Below, piece after piece: positions 31,501 to 40,758 of a DNA stretch of 64,000 nucleotides. The DNA lies in NCBI GenBank assembly GCA_040755855.1, contig JBFMAD010000003.1, positions 241,695-305,694 of the forward strand, written 5' to 3'. The DNA is from Planctomycetota bacterium (lineage in GTDB: Bacteria; Planctomycetota; Brocadiia; JAADGH01). The notes below the pieces were generated by a model. It searched no databases, had not been told where the DNA came from, and saw only the letters and a list, made by a program, of their open reading frames with translations. A program made the position numbers and the translations under genes. Numbering within the stretch: the stretch's first letter is position 1; the number at the start of each line of letters is the position of its first letter.

Positions 31501-32757
31501 CCGAAGGCGTCGAAGAGCGCAGAGGTGATTCCGAAGGCGTTCTCCGACGGCGACTCCCGCACGCTCATGGTCCCGCAGATGGGATTGCACGCCTTCGCCC
31601 TGGCTGCGGCCTTCCGTGGATGCGGCATGAACGCCGAGGTGATCCCCATGTCGGATGCGGAGAGCCTGGAATACGGCCGGCGCTACACGATCGGCAAGGA
31701 ATGTCTGCCATGTATCGTGACGACGGGCGACATGCTGAAGATCGTTGATCGGCCAAACTTCGACCCGAGGAAGGTCGCCTTCTTCATGCCGTCGGGATCG
31801 GGACCGTGCCGCTTCGGGCAGTACTGCAACCTGCACCGGCTCGTCCTAAAGCGCGCAGGCTTCCCGGACGTCCCCGTCATCGCGCCAAACCAGGGCCGCA
31901 GCTTTTACGACGATTTCAAACAACTGAAGAAAGACCCCACCCGCCTCGCCTGGCAGGGAATCGTCGTGGTGGACGTCCTCCACAAGGCGCTCCACGCCAC
32001 GCGGCCGTATGAGAAAATTCCCGGCGCGACGGATCGGATCTTCCAGGAGTGCTTGGACGAGACGTGCGCGATCCTGGAATCGTGCGGCGATGTCTTTGCC
32101 GCTATGCCGAGGTTTGCCGAAAAGTTCATGTCCGTCGAGGTGGACCGGAGCGAGCCGAGGCCGGTGATCGGCATCGTGGGCGAAATTTACGTCCGAAGCC
32201 ACTCCTTCTGCAACCAGGATATAGTCCGTCGCCTGGAGGCGCTGGGCGCGGAGGTCAAGCTGGCTTCCACGAGCGAGTGGATCTACTACACCAACTTCTG
32301 CCGCGTCCGCCGCGGGTGGCTCGAAGGCGACTACCGCACGGCCATTGTCAGCATGCTCAAGGACTTCTTCCAGCACCGCGACGAGCGACGGGCGGCCGGG
32401 CCCTTCCTCGAGGCATACGACGACGTCCTCGAGGTCAAGACGCGGACGCTTCTAGACCTCAGCAATCCATACATCCATGATACCTATGAGGGCGAGGCGG
32501 TGCTGAGCATCGGCAAGACGGTGGAGCTGTTCCACCAGAAGGCCCACGGCGTGGTGAACGTCCTGCCGTTCACCTGCATGCCGGGGACGGTGGTGAGCGC
32601 GGTGTTTAAGCGCCTGCGCCGCGAGTGCGGCAACTTTCCTACTTTGTCCGTTGCTTACGACGGCCAGGAGCAGGCGAACCTTGAGACGCGGCTCGAGGCC
32701 TTCGTCCACCAGTGCCGGCAGTATATGGAGAACATGGCGCGCAAAGGCGCTCATTGA
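28525..32757 (+). CDS. Acyl-CoA dehydratase activase fusion (two BadF/BadG/BcrA/BcrD ATPase domains, DUF2229-like and dehydratase-like domains)
   Basis: Two GxD.GS / EIGG.DSK / CAAGTGSFL / RC.VF modules; C..C.NHC; CFPCK..HGH; FGCGPDS; GPCRFGQY; PFTCMPG. Confidence 0.9.
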   Translation: MARKYYLGLDAGSISLNVVLLDEGKRIIEESYTRIKGKPVQTARDVLAALFGKYPIEDIQTVAVTGSGGRLIARLLDIEFINEIVAQARAEEELHPEVRTIIEIGGEDSKLIWLEKDPHSGRIVVRDFAMNTVCAAGTGSFLDQQASRLGLSIENEFGELALKSENPPRVAGRCSVFAKSDMIHLQQQATPVYDIVAGLCYAMARNVKSNLATGKEIEKPVAFQGGVAANQGLVRAFEDVLELGRGDLIIPKHHASMGAIGAILTALDQGAQSRISDLSLLDIHLQELAGKKVGLRLAPLAFEGDTSDRHYVSARSGMASARAKDGLIPAYLGVDVGSISTNVVVLDANRNLLAKSYLMTAGQPLRAVQEGLREVGEKVADKVNILGACTTGSGRYLTGDFVGADCVRNEITAQAMGAISIDPAVDTIFEIGGQDSKYISIDNGVVVDFEMNHVCAAGTGSFLEEQAEKLGIQIKVEFGDLALRCESPVKLGERCTVFMESNVVHCQQNGAAVDELVGGLSYSIVYNYLNRVVAHRRRGNRIFFQGGTAANKGVVAAFEKVMGKPIIVPEHHDVTGAIGAAILAQEYQEAEGRTESNFRGFDLSDRKYTIRPFECKDCPNHCEIKEVTIEGEQPLYYGSRCDKYNLKKVKKHEDIPDLFAERERLLLEGYKPPKKDSDKKVVGIPRALYMLQQFPYWHAFFKTLGLDVLLSPVSNKTLIRRGVETVVSETCFPCKVMHGHVAHLLDEGVDFLFMPSLINLTRDVEVQENNYVCPYVQTIPYTLESAFEFGNYDTVLLKPVLYFERGEKAIYKALCAMKDALGVTRRQVREAMVAAQEAQRRFERGICERGKEALASIPDGRRAMVVLSRPYNGCDSGINLNLPRKLRDLGVLAIPMDFLPLMEIEDYEEWENMFWKYGQSILRAAEIVKRDKRLNAVYISNFGCGPDSFISSFVKAVLDDQPLLQLEIDEHSADAGVITRCEAYLDSIKNVEPKASKSAEVIPKAFSDGDSRTLMVPQMGLHAFALAAAFRGCGMNAEVIPMSDAESLEYGRRYTIGKECLPCIVTTGDMLKIVDRPNFDPRKVAFFMPSGSGPCRFGQYCNLHRLVLKRAGFPDVPVIAPNQGRSFYDDFKQLKKDPTRLAWQGIVVVDVLHKALHATRPYEKIPGATDRIFQECLDETCAILESCGDVFAAMPRFAEKFMSVEVDRSEPRPVIGIVGEIYVRSHSFCNQDIVRRLEALGAEVKLASTSEWIYYTNFCRVRRGWLEGDYRTAIVSMLKDFFQHRDERRAAGPFLEAYDDVLEVKTRTLLDLSNPYIHDTYEGEAVLSIGKTVELFHQKAHGVVNVLPFTCMPGTVVSAVFKRLRRECGNFPTLSVAYDGQEQANLETRLEAFVHQCRQYMENMARKGAH

Positions 32758-32771
32758 GGGAGGGAGCGAAC

Positions 32772-33170
32772 ATGTCGAATGGCAAGAAAATTGTCGCGTG
32801 GGAAATTCACGGCGATGTCATAGTCGCTCGATTCATAGTCCCGCGCGTCACAGAGTTGACCCAGGCTGAAGACGCCTTCAAGGAATTGCTGGGGCTCGCG
32901 CAGCAGTCCATCCGCATGGGCAGCAAACTCCTGCTGAATCTGTCCAATCTTCAGTTCATGTCCAGCACAGGTCTTGCGCGGCTGGTAGACTTCCGCAAAA
33001 GGGCGCTCGCCTTGGGCGTGCACCTGCGCATCTGCGCGCTGACGCCTTTGCTGACCAACATCCTCAAGGGCACGGGGATGCTGAGCATCCTCGACGTCCA
33101 CCCCACCCAGCAGGACGCGCTGGACGCCTTCAAGAAAATCCAGCACGAGGGGAAAAAAAGCCAAGCATAG
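32772..33170 (+). CDS. STAS / anti-sigma factor antagonist
   Basis: LLLNLSNLQFMSSTGLA with the conserved phospho-Ser position; A..AF C-terminus. Confidence 0.8.
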   Translation: MSNGKKIVAWEIHGDVIVARFIVPRVTELTQAEDAFKELLGLAQQSIRMGSKLLLNLSNLQFMSSTGLARLVDFRKRALALGVHLRICALTPLLTNILKGTGMLSILDVHPTQQDALDAFKKIQHEGKKSQA

Positions 33171-33220
33171 CCCCCTGGCAACGGAAATGGGGTCTGTTCC
33201 GGCGCCGGGTGAAGTCAACA

Positions 33221-33252
33221 GACCTCCCGGAGGTTCCGACCTCCGGGAGGTC
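33221..33252. repeat. Perfect 14-bp hairpin between convergent genes (REP-like or bidirectional terminator)
   Basis: GACCTCCCGGAGGT-TCCG-ACCTCCGGGAGGTC. Confidence 0.7.
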
Positions 33253-33271
33253 GAGTGTTTGCGGATAAGTT

Positions 33272-34330
33272 CTAAGTCGGCTTTTCGTCCGTCGACTTTG
33301 CTTCCTCCCCCGCCTCCTTCTCCGCCGCCTCCGCCTGGCGGCGAATCTGTCCGAGGGACAGGCCCATCCGCCAGAGCGCTATCAGACCGCATAGCGTCAC
33401 GGGCAGGACGGCCACGGCATGGGCCTGGATGCCGAAACTGGCCGACGGGGCGGCTGCGTTGCCGAGCATCTGCATAGCCAGTTGAGACGCCCAGTGAAAC
33501 GTCCCCACAAAGGCCGGCCCCTGCGGGATCGCCACGGCCAGCGCGACGCATAGCAGCGACATGCACGCCCCGGGATAGGTTATCGTCAGACCGAACGCCA
33601 GCGCGGAGAAGTACATCGAGAGGGCAGCCATCGCCCAAACAAGCAGCGAGTAGAGCAACGTCAAGATCACGTGGCGCAAATTGTCAATGAATTTCAACCC
33701 GACAACGAAGGAATCAACCAGTTTGAGGAGCGTCCGCTGCCAGGCGACCAGCCGTTTCACCCGTTCCGGCCAGAGGCGCATGACAAGCACAAAGGCCAGC
33801 GCGCCGCCGATCATCACAACGAGAAAGACCCCGGCCTTGACCGCATCGAACCCCCCTGCCCCCGGCGTCTCCCCCCCTCCGCCATGCAACGGGATCGGCC
33901 AGAAGATGCAGACGTACCCCAGGATCACGCCGAGGGCGACTAGATCGAGTAGCCGCTCGACGGCTACCGTGGCGAATGTCGCCGTGAAGCTCTTCTCATA
34001 GCGCACCTTGATGATGGCGGGGCGGACAAACTCGCCTATCCGCGCGGGCAACACATTGTTCGCCGTAAAGGCGATGAGGACGGCCCCGAGCGCCTGCAGG
34101 AACGTCAGCGCCTTGACCGGCAGCATCAGGATCCGCCATCGCAGGACGCGGAATATGTAGGTCAGGACCATGGGGACCAGGGACAGGGCCATGTAGAAAA
34201 GGTTTGCCTGGCGGAAGGCCTGCCCGATCTTGCCCCACTCCTGCTTCCAGACAAACGAGACAACGAAGACGAGGCTGATCAGAAGGGAGAGGATCAGCAG
34301 GGAGCGCTTGCGCTTGAGGATTCGCCTCAT
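33272..34330 (-). CDS. Lysylphosphatidylglycerol synthase TM / flippase-like membrane protein (UPF0104)
   Basis: R.LRW, NNVLPARIGEFVR, ERLLD, IP.GP..VG.F; polytopic hydrophobicity. Confidence 0.85.
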   Translation of the reverse strand: MRRILKRKRSLLILSLLISLVFVVSFVWKQEWGKIGQAFRQANLFYMALSLVPMVLTYIFRVLRWRILMLPVKALTFLQALGAVLIAFTANNVLPARIGEFVRPAIIKVRYEKSFTATFATVAVERLLDLVALGVILGYVCIFWPIPLHGGGGETPGAGGFDAVKAGVFLVVMIGGALAFVLVMRLWPERVKRLVAWQRTLLKLVDSFVVGLKFIDNLRHVILTLLYSLLVWAMAALSMYFSALAFGLTITYPGACMSLLCVALAVAIPQGPAFVGTFHWASQLAMQMLGNAAAPSASFGIQAHAVAVLPVTLCGLIALWRMGLSLGQIRRQAEAAEKEAGEEAKSTDEKPT

Positions 34331-34965
34331 TACTCGCGGCCCTGGGAGACTTCCTTGCCGGTGACGCTCTCGATCGCCTTGATGGCAGCCTCGCTCCCCT
34401 CCACGATGTCCGCCTCCTCGCCGGCGAGATACAGCCGCCCATACCGCCCGAAGGGCCGGACGTCAACTAAGTAGATGTCGGCCGCCTTCTCGGCCTCGTT
34501 CGCCGCGAGGGCGACGTAGCCGGCGGGGTCGGTCTCCATGATGAAGAGCGTCTGCTGCGGGATGAGCATCATGCCCTGGCGGTTGCGGTTGATGATTTGG
34601 GTCTGGTGGTCGTCCACATGGCGGATGATCTGCGAGGAGGCCAGTTTCGGCTTGTAACGATCCTCCTCCGATATTCCGAGCGAGCGCAGAATCTCCGTCC
34701 CCGCCTGGCGCACCTCGCCCTGATCCTCGGAGTGGACTTCGAGGAGGCCGTAGGACCGCTCGACAATCTGGATCGCCGGTTTCACCTTGGTTCGCTTCAG
34801 GGCCACGTCCATGACGACATTGATGTCCATGCCCGGCGCGATCTCGACCCACAGCGAGGCCATGCCCGCCAGCGGCAGGAAGCCGTAGGCCGTCGTGCCC
34901 ATGAAGGCCGCCAGCTGCGGCTGAAGATTGTCAAGGACGATATAGGTCCTCAGTTCGACCGCCAT
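34330..34965 (-). CDS. Tandem-domain bacterial microcompartment shell protein (BMC-T, CcmP/CsoS1D-like)
   Basis: [49 protein letters not shown]. Confidence 0.9.
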   Translation of the reverse strand: MAVELRTYIVLDNLQPQLAAFMGTTAYGFLPLAGMASLWVEIAPGMDINVVMDVALKRTKVKPAIQIVERSYGLLEVHSEDQGEVRQAGTEILRSLGISEEDRYKPKLASSQIIRHVDDHQTQIINRNRQGMMLIPQQTLFIMETDPAGYVALAANEAEKAADIYLVDVRPFGRYGRLYLAGEEADIVEGSEAAIKAIESVTGKEVSQGRE

Positions 34966-35001
34966 GTGAACCTCCATTCACCGTATGATGCGCTTGAATA
35001 G

Positions 35002-35078
35002 TGGCGCGCCCGGCAAGACTCGAACTTGCAACCTTCGGATTCGAAGTCCGTCACTCTATCCAATTGAGCTACGGGCGC
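35002..35078 (-). tRNA. tRNA-Arg(TCG)
   Basis: GCGCCCGTAGCTCAATTGGATAGAG..CGGA-CT-TCG-AA-TCCG..GTTCGAGTC..GGGCGCGCCA; upstream TTGACA-N17-TACCCT at 35105-35133. Confidence 0.95.
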
Positions 35079-35156
35079 ACGCTATAGCAACTTGTATCTT
35101 GAACAGGGTAGCGAGTTTTCAGGGCACTGTCAAGATCAAAGTCCCCGGACTTGCGC

Positions 35157-37526
35157 CTATCCCTTTGGCTGCTCAGCGGGCAGGCTTGTGATAAACAGCT
35201 TGTCCACCTTCGCCCCATCCTCGCGTACTCGGAACTCCAGCCGGGCCCCGCCGGCCGGGAATTTCAACCAATCCTCCGCCATGCCCTGCGGCGTGACGCG
35301 CACCCACGTCCACTCCTCATGCACGCCCGTGTGCCAGTCGGCCTGCGGGACTACCTCGCCGCCTTCGGAATCAATCCGAACGAGGAAGGAATCGTCGCTT
35401 GGCGTCGGCGTCAGGACACGCGCCCAGAGGTAGTACGTCCCCGCCTTCTCTACGCTCATCGGCCACACGGCCCGACCGATGCTGCTGCCGCCCTTGCCGC
35501 CCGGCTCGCCGGACATCCAGAGAAACTTCCCGCCCAACGCCTTTGGATCGCTGTCCACCACCATCGGCTTGAGAATGCGGAGCGCCGCCTCCGCCTCGAT
35601 CTCGCACGGACGATCAGGCGTGATGGTAATCTGCGCGGCGTCGAACGTCTTGCGATACTCAGCCACGGGCGGAATCTTGTCCACGATCCTCCGGCCGATG
35701 TCGTCGCCGTCAATGGCAAGGAGAAATTTCGTCGGGCGCTTGCCGTCGAGGGTCGCGTCTATCCGTTGCTGCTTGGATAAGACGGCCTCTATGCCCAGCT
35801 CGGAGCGCGCTCCTTTCGCGCGGATGCGGAGCACATCCCCCTTCGTCTCCACCAGGGCCTGAGCCGATGTGAATTGTTTGCGAAATACATCCGCGTCCTT
35901 CGCATCACCCATCCGCACCCGCAGGGCCGCTATCGCCTTGCCCGGCTCGATCGCCTTCACCGGGCCGGTGTAGTGCACCGCGGTGAAGCGCATGGCCTTC
36001 TTCTTGGGATTATCGCCCACCAACTCGATCCTGGCCGGAACGCCGTCGGTCGTGGTGGCGGAGACGAATTTTGCCCCCAGGATCGCCCCGCGGTGCAACA
36101 GGAATACCGGCTCGCCGATTTTCACATCTGCGGAAAACTGTCCCATGGAATCCACGCGCTTCTCGCCGACGAAGCACTGCTCGACGTCCGCCGGCAGGAC
36201 CAGATGGGAGGCGATGTAATCCGACTCGGACATATACTTGTCGGGGGCCGGCGCAGCGAGCAGCAGCGCCTCGTCTCGGTCCTGGATGGTGGAGAGGAAC
36301 GGGATCATGTGGAGGGCCTTGTTGTGGCCGCCGGTCCCCTCGGGGATTTTCGTCGCGCCGTAGGGATCCCGCCGCGCGTCCATCAGGTAGTAGCCGCCCA
36401 CCATGTCGGGATCGGCGAAAAGGGCCACGAGCGGTTTGTCCATGGTCCAGTAGGTCGCCCCCGCCGTGGCCAGGGCGAAGCGCTCGGTCAGGTAGTTTGT
36501 GGCCGTTTGATACCAGTACTCCCCCCAGGTTTGCTGCACGAGGCGCGGGAATCGCGTGATCGCCATCTTCCGCAATTGCGAATCGGGTTTGTAGTCGCTG
36601 AGGAGGGGGTAGAGCATGCCCTCGATGTGGAACTTCTCCGGCAGCGGCAGCCAGCCGGCGACCGTCAGGTGGTGGTCGCAGTAGCCCCGGCCGTAGAGGT
36701 AGTCGTAATCCCGGCTGTGGGCGCCGCCCATGCGCCGCGCCGGTTCGAACCAATTGGCCGCAACGTCGGTCCAGAGCATGTCGAGCAATTCCCTCGCCTG
36801 CCTGCGCCCCCGTTCGCGCCCGGCGTAGGCGGCGATGAAGCCGAGGCAGCCGATGTCCACACCGTAGTAGGTCGGACTGAGGTACTCGCAGAACCCGTTC
36901 TCGGCGGTATGGACGACGAAGCGGTCCAGGTGATCGTATCCCTCCTGCGCGATCTCCGGCAGGCCGAATATCTCTCCGAGGCAGATCAGGTTCCACGTCT
37001 TCATGGTGAAGATGTTGGTGTAGCTCTCGCGCACGCCGTGGCTCTGGATGCCCTTGATGGAGTTGCGCATCATGCGATCGAGCCGCTCCCGCGCGGCGGG
37101 GGAGAGCTTGTCGCGGTGGTATCGGTAGAGGAGGCCCGCCGCCTCCATGGAGAACTCGACGGCGTTCTTGTCGCCGACCTTCTCGTTGAACCAGTACCAC
37201 CGGAAATTGCCGAAGGAGGGGCTTTGGGGATCGAGGTCCTGCATCTGCTCGGCGATCTCGAAGGGCCGGTCGAGCGCGCTGAGGTCTTGATCCAGTTCGG
37301 CGAGTAGGAGCGCATTGCTGAAGATGCCGCGGACGCTCAAGGTCTCCCACGGCCCCTTCTCATTCAGCCTCTTGAAAAAATCCTGTGCCCGCTTGACGCT
37401 CAGCTCGACGGCGTGCTGGGGAATCGGCTTGCCCTGGAGACGGAGTTCCGGCCTGCACGATGCGCACATCAGGACAATAGGAATGGGCAGGAGCAGACAA
37501 GCGATGGTCGAAAAAAGATTCTTCAT
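35157..37526 (-). CDS. Putative lipoprotein; helical lyase/heparinase-like region plus C-terminal carbohydrate-binding-like module
   Basis: CASC lipobox; EYLSPTYYG and GAHSRDYDY motifs; C-terminal EAE..G.YYLWARV..DDSF.VRID..W.W..REDG..VD. Confidence 0.5.
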   Translation of the reverse strand: MKNLFSTIACLLLPIPIVLMCASCRPELRLQGKPIPQHAVELSVKRAQDFFKRLNEKGPWETLSVRGIFSNALLLAELDQDLSALDRPFEIAEQMQDLDPQSPSFGNFRWYWFNEKVGDKNAVEFSMEAAGLLYRYHRDKLSPAARERLDRMMRNSIKGIQSHGVRESYTNIFTMKTWNLICLGEIFGLPEIAQEGYDHLDRFVVHTAENGFCEYLSPTYYGVDIGCLGFIAAYAGRERGRRQARELLDMLWTDVAANWFEPARRMGGAHSRDYDYLYGRGYCDHHLTVAGWLPLPEKFHIEGMLYPLLSDYKPDSQLRKMAITRFPRLVQQTWGEYWYQTATNYLTERFALATAGATYWTMDKPLVALFADPDMVGGYYLMDARRDPYGATKIPEGTGGHNKALHMIPFLSTIQDRDEALLLAAPAPDKYMSESDYIASHLVLPADVEQCFVGEKRVDSMGQFSADVKIGEPVFLLHRGAILGAKFVSATTTDGVPARIELVGDNPKKKAMRFTAVHYTGPVKAIEPGKAIAALRVRMGDAKDADVFRKQFTSAQALVETKGDVLRIRAKGARSELGIEAVLSKQQRIDATLDGKRPTKFLLAIDGDDIGRRIVDKIPPVAEYRKTFDAAQITITPDRPCEIEAEAALRILKPMVVDSDPKALGGKFLWMSGEPGGKGGSSIGRAVWPMSVEKAGTYYLWARVLTPTPSDDSFLVRIDSEGGEVVPQADWHTGVHEEWTWVRVTPQGMAEDWLKFPAGGARLEFRVREDGAKVDKLFITSLPAEQPKG

Positions 37527-37685
37527 CGGCGGACTCCATGTGCCAAGACCGTATGGTAAAACCGCCTTCAGATTCTACCGGATCAAGAGACGGCGCGCAA
37601 CCCGGATTCCGCGATTGCCAGCGATGCAAAAATGCCGTATGATCTGGGCCGGGCAAGCCGTCCAGGAATCCGCCGGGGCAAAGAG

Positions 37686-38984
37686 ATGATCCGAAGACTA
37701 TTGGGAGCCATGCTCATGTTCATCGTCATCACGGAAAGCGACTTGCAGGCCTGGGGGCGGGGCCACGTGCTGATCCGCCATTGGGCAGTGGAGCATCTCC
37801 CTGAATGGCAACAGGCGTTGACCGGGAGGGACCACTTCAAGGACCTATGCACGAAGTACACCCACATTCAGGACCAACACTCCGGCGGCAAGAGTCCTGA
37901 TTTGGATAAATACTGCTATCCGCCCGCGCCGCGCTTGTCGCTGCACGACGTCCAGCCCATCGAGAACGGCGCGCCGGCGATGCAGTGGTATCTCTATCAG
38001 ATTTGCGAGCACATTCGCAAAGGCGAAAAAGACGAAGCGATGAAGTTCCTCGGCGTCCTCTGCCACTGGAACGAGGACCCCGGATCGCCCAGCATGCACA
38101 GCAGCCCGGTTACGGAGACCGTGCTTCGCCAGTTGATCCCGCCGCCAAAGGATAAGGAGAACCTGAACTACCTCTTCGGCTACGGCGGCGTCTGCAAGCT
38201 GGAGAAGTTCACGATTCCCGACATGGCCTACACGCCGAGGCTCCTCGGCGCATCCATCACCGAGGCGGGCGGGCGCATCTATCAGGCCCAGCGGATCCTC
38301 CGCTTTCACAACTCGCAATATATTATCCCCGTCGTGCAGGACGCCATGTACGGCGACGGGACAAAGGCCGACGAAGTCCGGTCGAAGGCCGCGCTCTACA
38401 ATGCGAAGCACGTGGCCGACGTTATTTACACCACACTCTGTTTGGCAACGGGTCGTCTCGATCCCAGGGAGGCCGAGGCGCCGGCAAGGCAGCCGCTCAC
38501 GGAATGGCTGTCCGACTTCACCGGCGCGATGATTGGCCACCCCTACTATGTCACGCCGTTTCTCATCGGCCAAGCCATGGACGCGAAGCGGGCCTTGCAT
38601 CCCCTCGCATTTTCCGGTGGGGAAAAAGTCGCCTTCGGCCTCGGCATGGGCGCGCCGTTTGCCCTCGACTACACCATCGCGCCAGGCGGGGTCTATTCGC
38701 ACTTCACCTGCCGCGTAGGTCTCCATCCCACGGCGGGGGAAAAGGGCGAGGTCGCGTTCCAAGTCCTGGTGAACGGCAAGATCGCCGCCAAAACGGAGCC
38801 GATCCCCTCCGGCGCGCCGCCGCAATTACTGCGGGTGGATTTGCCCGATACCCCGGTCGTGAAGCTCACGCTCACAACCGTTCCCGCGCCGGGCGCACCG
38901 TCGCTGGACAATCTGACCGTTTGGGGCGAGCCGACGCTGCACCGCGCGGAGAGCGCGCCGGCGTATATCCCCCCCGCCCCCTGA
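37686..38984 (+). CDS. Secreted protein: zinc phospholipase C/S1-P1-like N-terminal domain plus NPCBM/NEW2-like C-terminal domain
   Basis: Mature N-terminus WGRGH after the signal peptide; LGVLCHWNED..SP.MH; C-terminal GLGM.A..F...VGL..V.F.V..NGK..VWGEP.L. Confidence 0.5.
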   Translation: MIRRLLGAMLMFIVITESDLQAWGRGHVLIRHWAVEHLPEWQQALTGRDHFKDLCTKYTHIQDQHSGGKSPDLDKYCYPPAPRLSLHDVQPIENGAPAMQWYLYQICEHIRKGEKDEAMKFLGVLCHWNEDPGSPSMHSSPVTETVLRQLIPPPKDKENLNYLFGYGGVCKLEKFTIPDMAYTPRLLGASITEAGGRIYQAQRILRFHNSQYIIPVVQDAMYGDGTKADEVRSKAALYNAKHVADVIYTTLCLATGRLDPREAEAPARQPLTEWLSDFTGAMIGHPYYVTPFLIGQAMDAKRALHPLAFSGGEKVAFGLGMGAPFALDYTIAPGGVYSHFTCRVGLHPTAGEKGEVAFQVLVNGKIAAKTEPIPSGAPPQLLRVDLPDTPVVKLTLTTVPAPGAPSLDNLTVWGEPTLHRAESAPAYIPPAP

Positions 38985-39458
38985 CGTTCGCTATGGCCCA
39001 GATTATTCATAACCTCACTTCCGGCTGGGAGTGGGTTGCGGGCATTGCCCTTGTGGGGAATGCGAGTTTTCTGCCGAGTCGTTACTTGCCTGTTAGAAAA
39101 TGGTTATACATCTAATTATAATATATTTCCTATTCTGGCTTGACAACTGCCCATTTGTGTGGTATGGTATTTCTACGGGGCAGCACAAATTCGATGGAGA
39201 ACGAATGTACCGACGCAATAACCATGGATGCACGATCATACCCTAAGCGGGTGAAAATTACCGAACGAACTCAAAAGGGCGAAATTATGAAACGAACCCC
39301 CTACAAAATCACGGAGCCGGGCGGAGTCTGACCAACGGCCCGCCCCGATACTAAACCTCGGGGGAGGGCCAAAAAGGTTAAATTTACCGAACGAACTCCC
39401 GGAAAAACACGAGGGATTTCGCGGCGCAATATCGCTATGCCTTCAGAAATGACGCACC

Positions 39459-40394
39459 TCAGCCGGCCAGCTCCGCCTCCGGCGGGCGCCAGTCGGCGGT
39501 GATGGGTTTTTCCCGCCGGGGGGGGAGGATGAAGGCCATGGCGACCTCTCGCCAGTGCAGGCGCTCCTGACGCCAGCGCTTTCCCTGCTCCTGGGCCTGG
39601 GGCGTGCAACGATCGAGACGAAAGAAGATGTCGCCGCCTTCGTAGCCGACCTCTTTCTTCATGTCGGCGATGAAGGTCTTCTCGAAAGGCTTGACGATCA
39701 GATCGTTGCCGGACATGTCCAGCAGGCGTCGCATGACCCACTCCTCCCGCGCGCGCGCGACCTTTGTCGGATGCGACAGAAGCACGAACTCTCCCTCCAC
39801 GTTTTCGAAGAGGGCGTGCACGGCGCGGGCCGAGTTCTCGACGCCGGCGATCAACAGGTCCTCGACCGACTCGTGGCGGAAGAAGCGGTGGAAGATTTTT
39901 CGTCCGATCTCGTAGGCCCTGGCCCATGCCTCGTCGTAGACCGTTCGAAAGGGCGCGCCGGAAGGGGCTGGGGTGGGTTTTGCCTTGGCGATGAAGTCGG
40001 CGATCTGGTTTTCGATGGGGTCGTGAAAGTCCTTGTGGATAACCTCCGCGCTTTCGAACTGGTCCTCGTCGGCGATGAAATCGAGCCAGGCGTGGCTCAC
40101 GGCGAGGCTGTCGGCGACGTAGTGACTGGCGAGGGCCAGCTTGGCCGCGGCGCCGAGGACGTCGCCGGTGTTTTTCGACGCCCGCGCCGAGGAGAGGGCG
40201 GCGTCAATGGAGCTGCGCACCCACGGCGGCTTCTGCCAGAGCCAGTCGGCCACGATGTCGGGGTAGATGGCCAGGTGGTTGAAGACGTCCATCGTCTTCT
40301 TTTCATATCCGCCGTACTTGATATGGCCCGGTCGCCACGATGCGTGCTGCATTGCGAAGTCGAGGACAAACCAGTGTTCAGTTCCACACGCCAT
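39459..40394 (-). CDS. Hypothetical protein, possible zinc phospholipase C/S1-P1-like fold
   Basis: Early His (TEH), A.YPD, LASHYVADSLAVSH, H..IE; GGAG RBS upstream. Confidence 0.45.
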   Translation of the reverse strand: MACGTEHWFVLDFAMQHASWRPGHIKYGGYEKKTMDVFNHLAIYPDIVADWLWQKPPWVRSSIDAALSSARASKNTGDVLGAAAKLALASHYVADSLAVSHAWLDFIADEDQFESAEVIHKDFHDPIENQIADFIAKAKPTPAPSGAPFRTVYDEAWARAYEIGRKIFHRFFRHESVEDLLIAGVENSARAVHALFENVEGEFVLLSHPTKVARAREEWVMRRLLDMSGNDLIVKPFEKTFIADMKKEVGYEGGDIFFRLDRCTPQAQEQGKRWRQERLHWREVAMAFILPPRREKPITADWRPPEAELAG

Positions 40395-40504
40395 ACCGTT
40401 GCTCCGAAGGGATCGCTTGCGAATCAATTTAAGAGTTTAACAATTGCGGCGCGGTTTGGGAAAGGAGAAATTTTGAGCCGGAGAGATGGAAAGATGAAAA
40501 ATAG

Positions 40505-40533
40505 TTGACTTGGTCCGGAGTGGGATGTATAAT
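40505..40533 (+). promoter_or_regulatory. sigma70 promoter of tRNA-Leu
   Basis: TTGACT-N17-TATAAT. Confidence 0.8.
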
Positions 40534-40552
40534 TTGTTTGAAATGAACGATC

Positions 40553-40637
40553 GCCGGAGTGGTGGAACTGGCAGACACGCACGTTTGAGGGGCGTGTGGC
40601 GAGAGCCTTGCGGGTTCGAATCCCGCCTCCGGCACCA
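40553..40637 (+). tRNA. tRNA-Leu(GAG)
   Basis: GCCGGAGTGGTGGAACTGGCAGACAC..CACGT-TT-GAG-GG-GCGTG, long variable arm, GGTTCGAATCC, CCA end. Confidence 0.96.
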
Positions 40638-40646
40638 GAACCTTAT

Positions 40647-40674
40647 CGAGCGGGAGTGAAGCGACTCCCGCTCG
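40647..40674 (+). terminator. Hairpin after tRNA-Leu
   Basis: CGAGCGGGAGT-GAAGCG-ACTCCCGCTCG; weak U tract. Confidence 0.55.
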
Positions 40675-40699
40675 CGTTATGTACGGGCATAGTAGGTGG

Positions 40700-40728
40700 T
40701 TGACGGGGGCGGAATTGTGGGGTAGAAT
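40700..40728 (+). promoter_or_regulatory. sigma70 promoter of the ABC operon
   Basis: TTGACG-N17-TAGAAT. Confidence 0.65.
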
Positions 40729-40758
40729 GAGGTACAAAGCAACTCTTAGGAGACGACC

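Noticed and set aside
39140..39331. 63-aa ORF
   Set aside because: Starts on a TTGACA -35 box and mostly translates the repeated motif; treated as non-coding.
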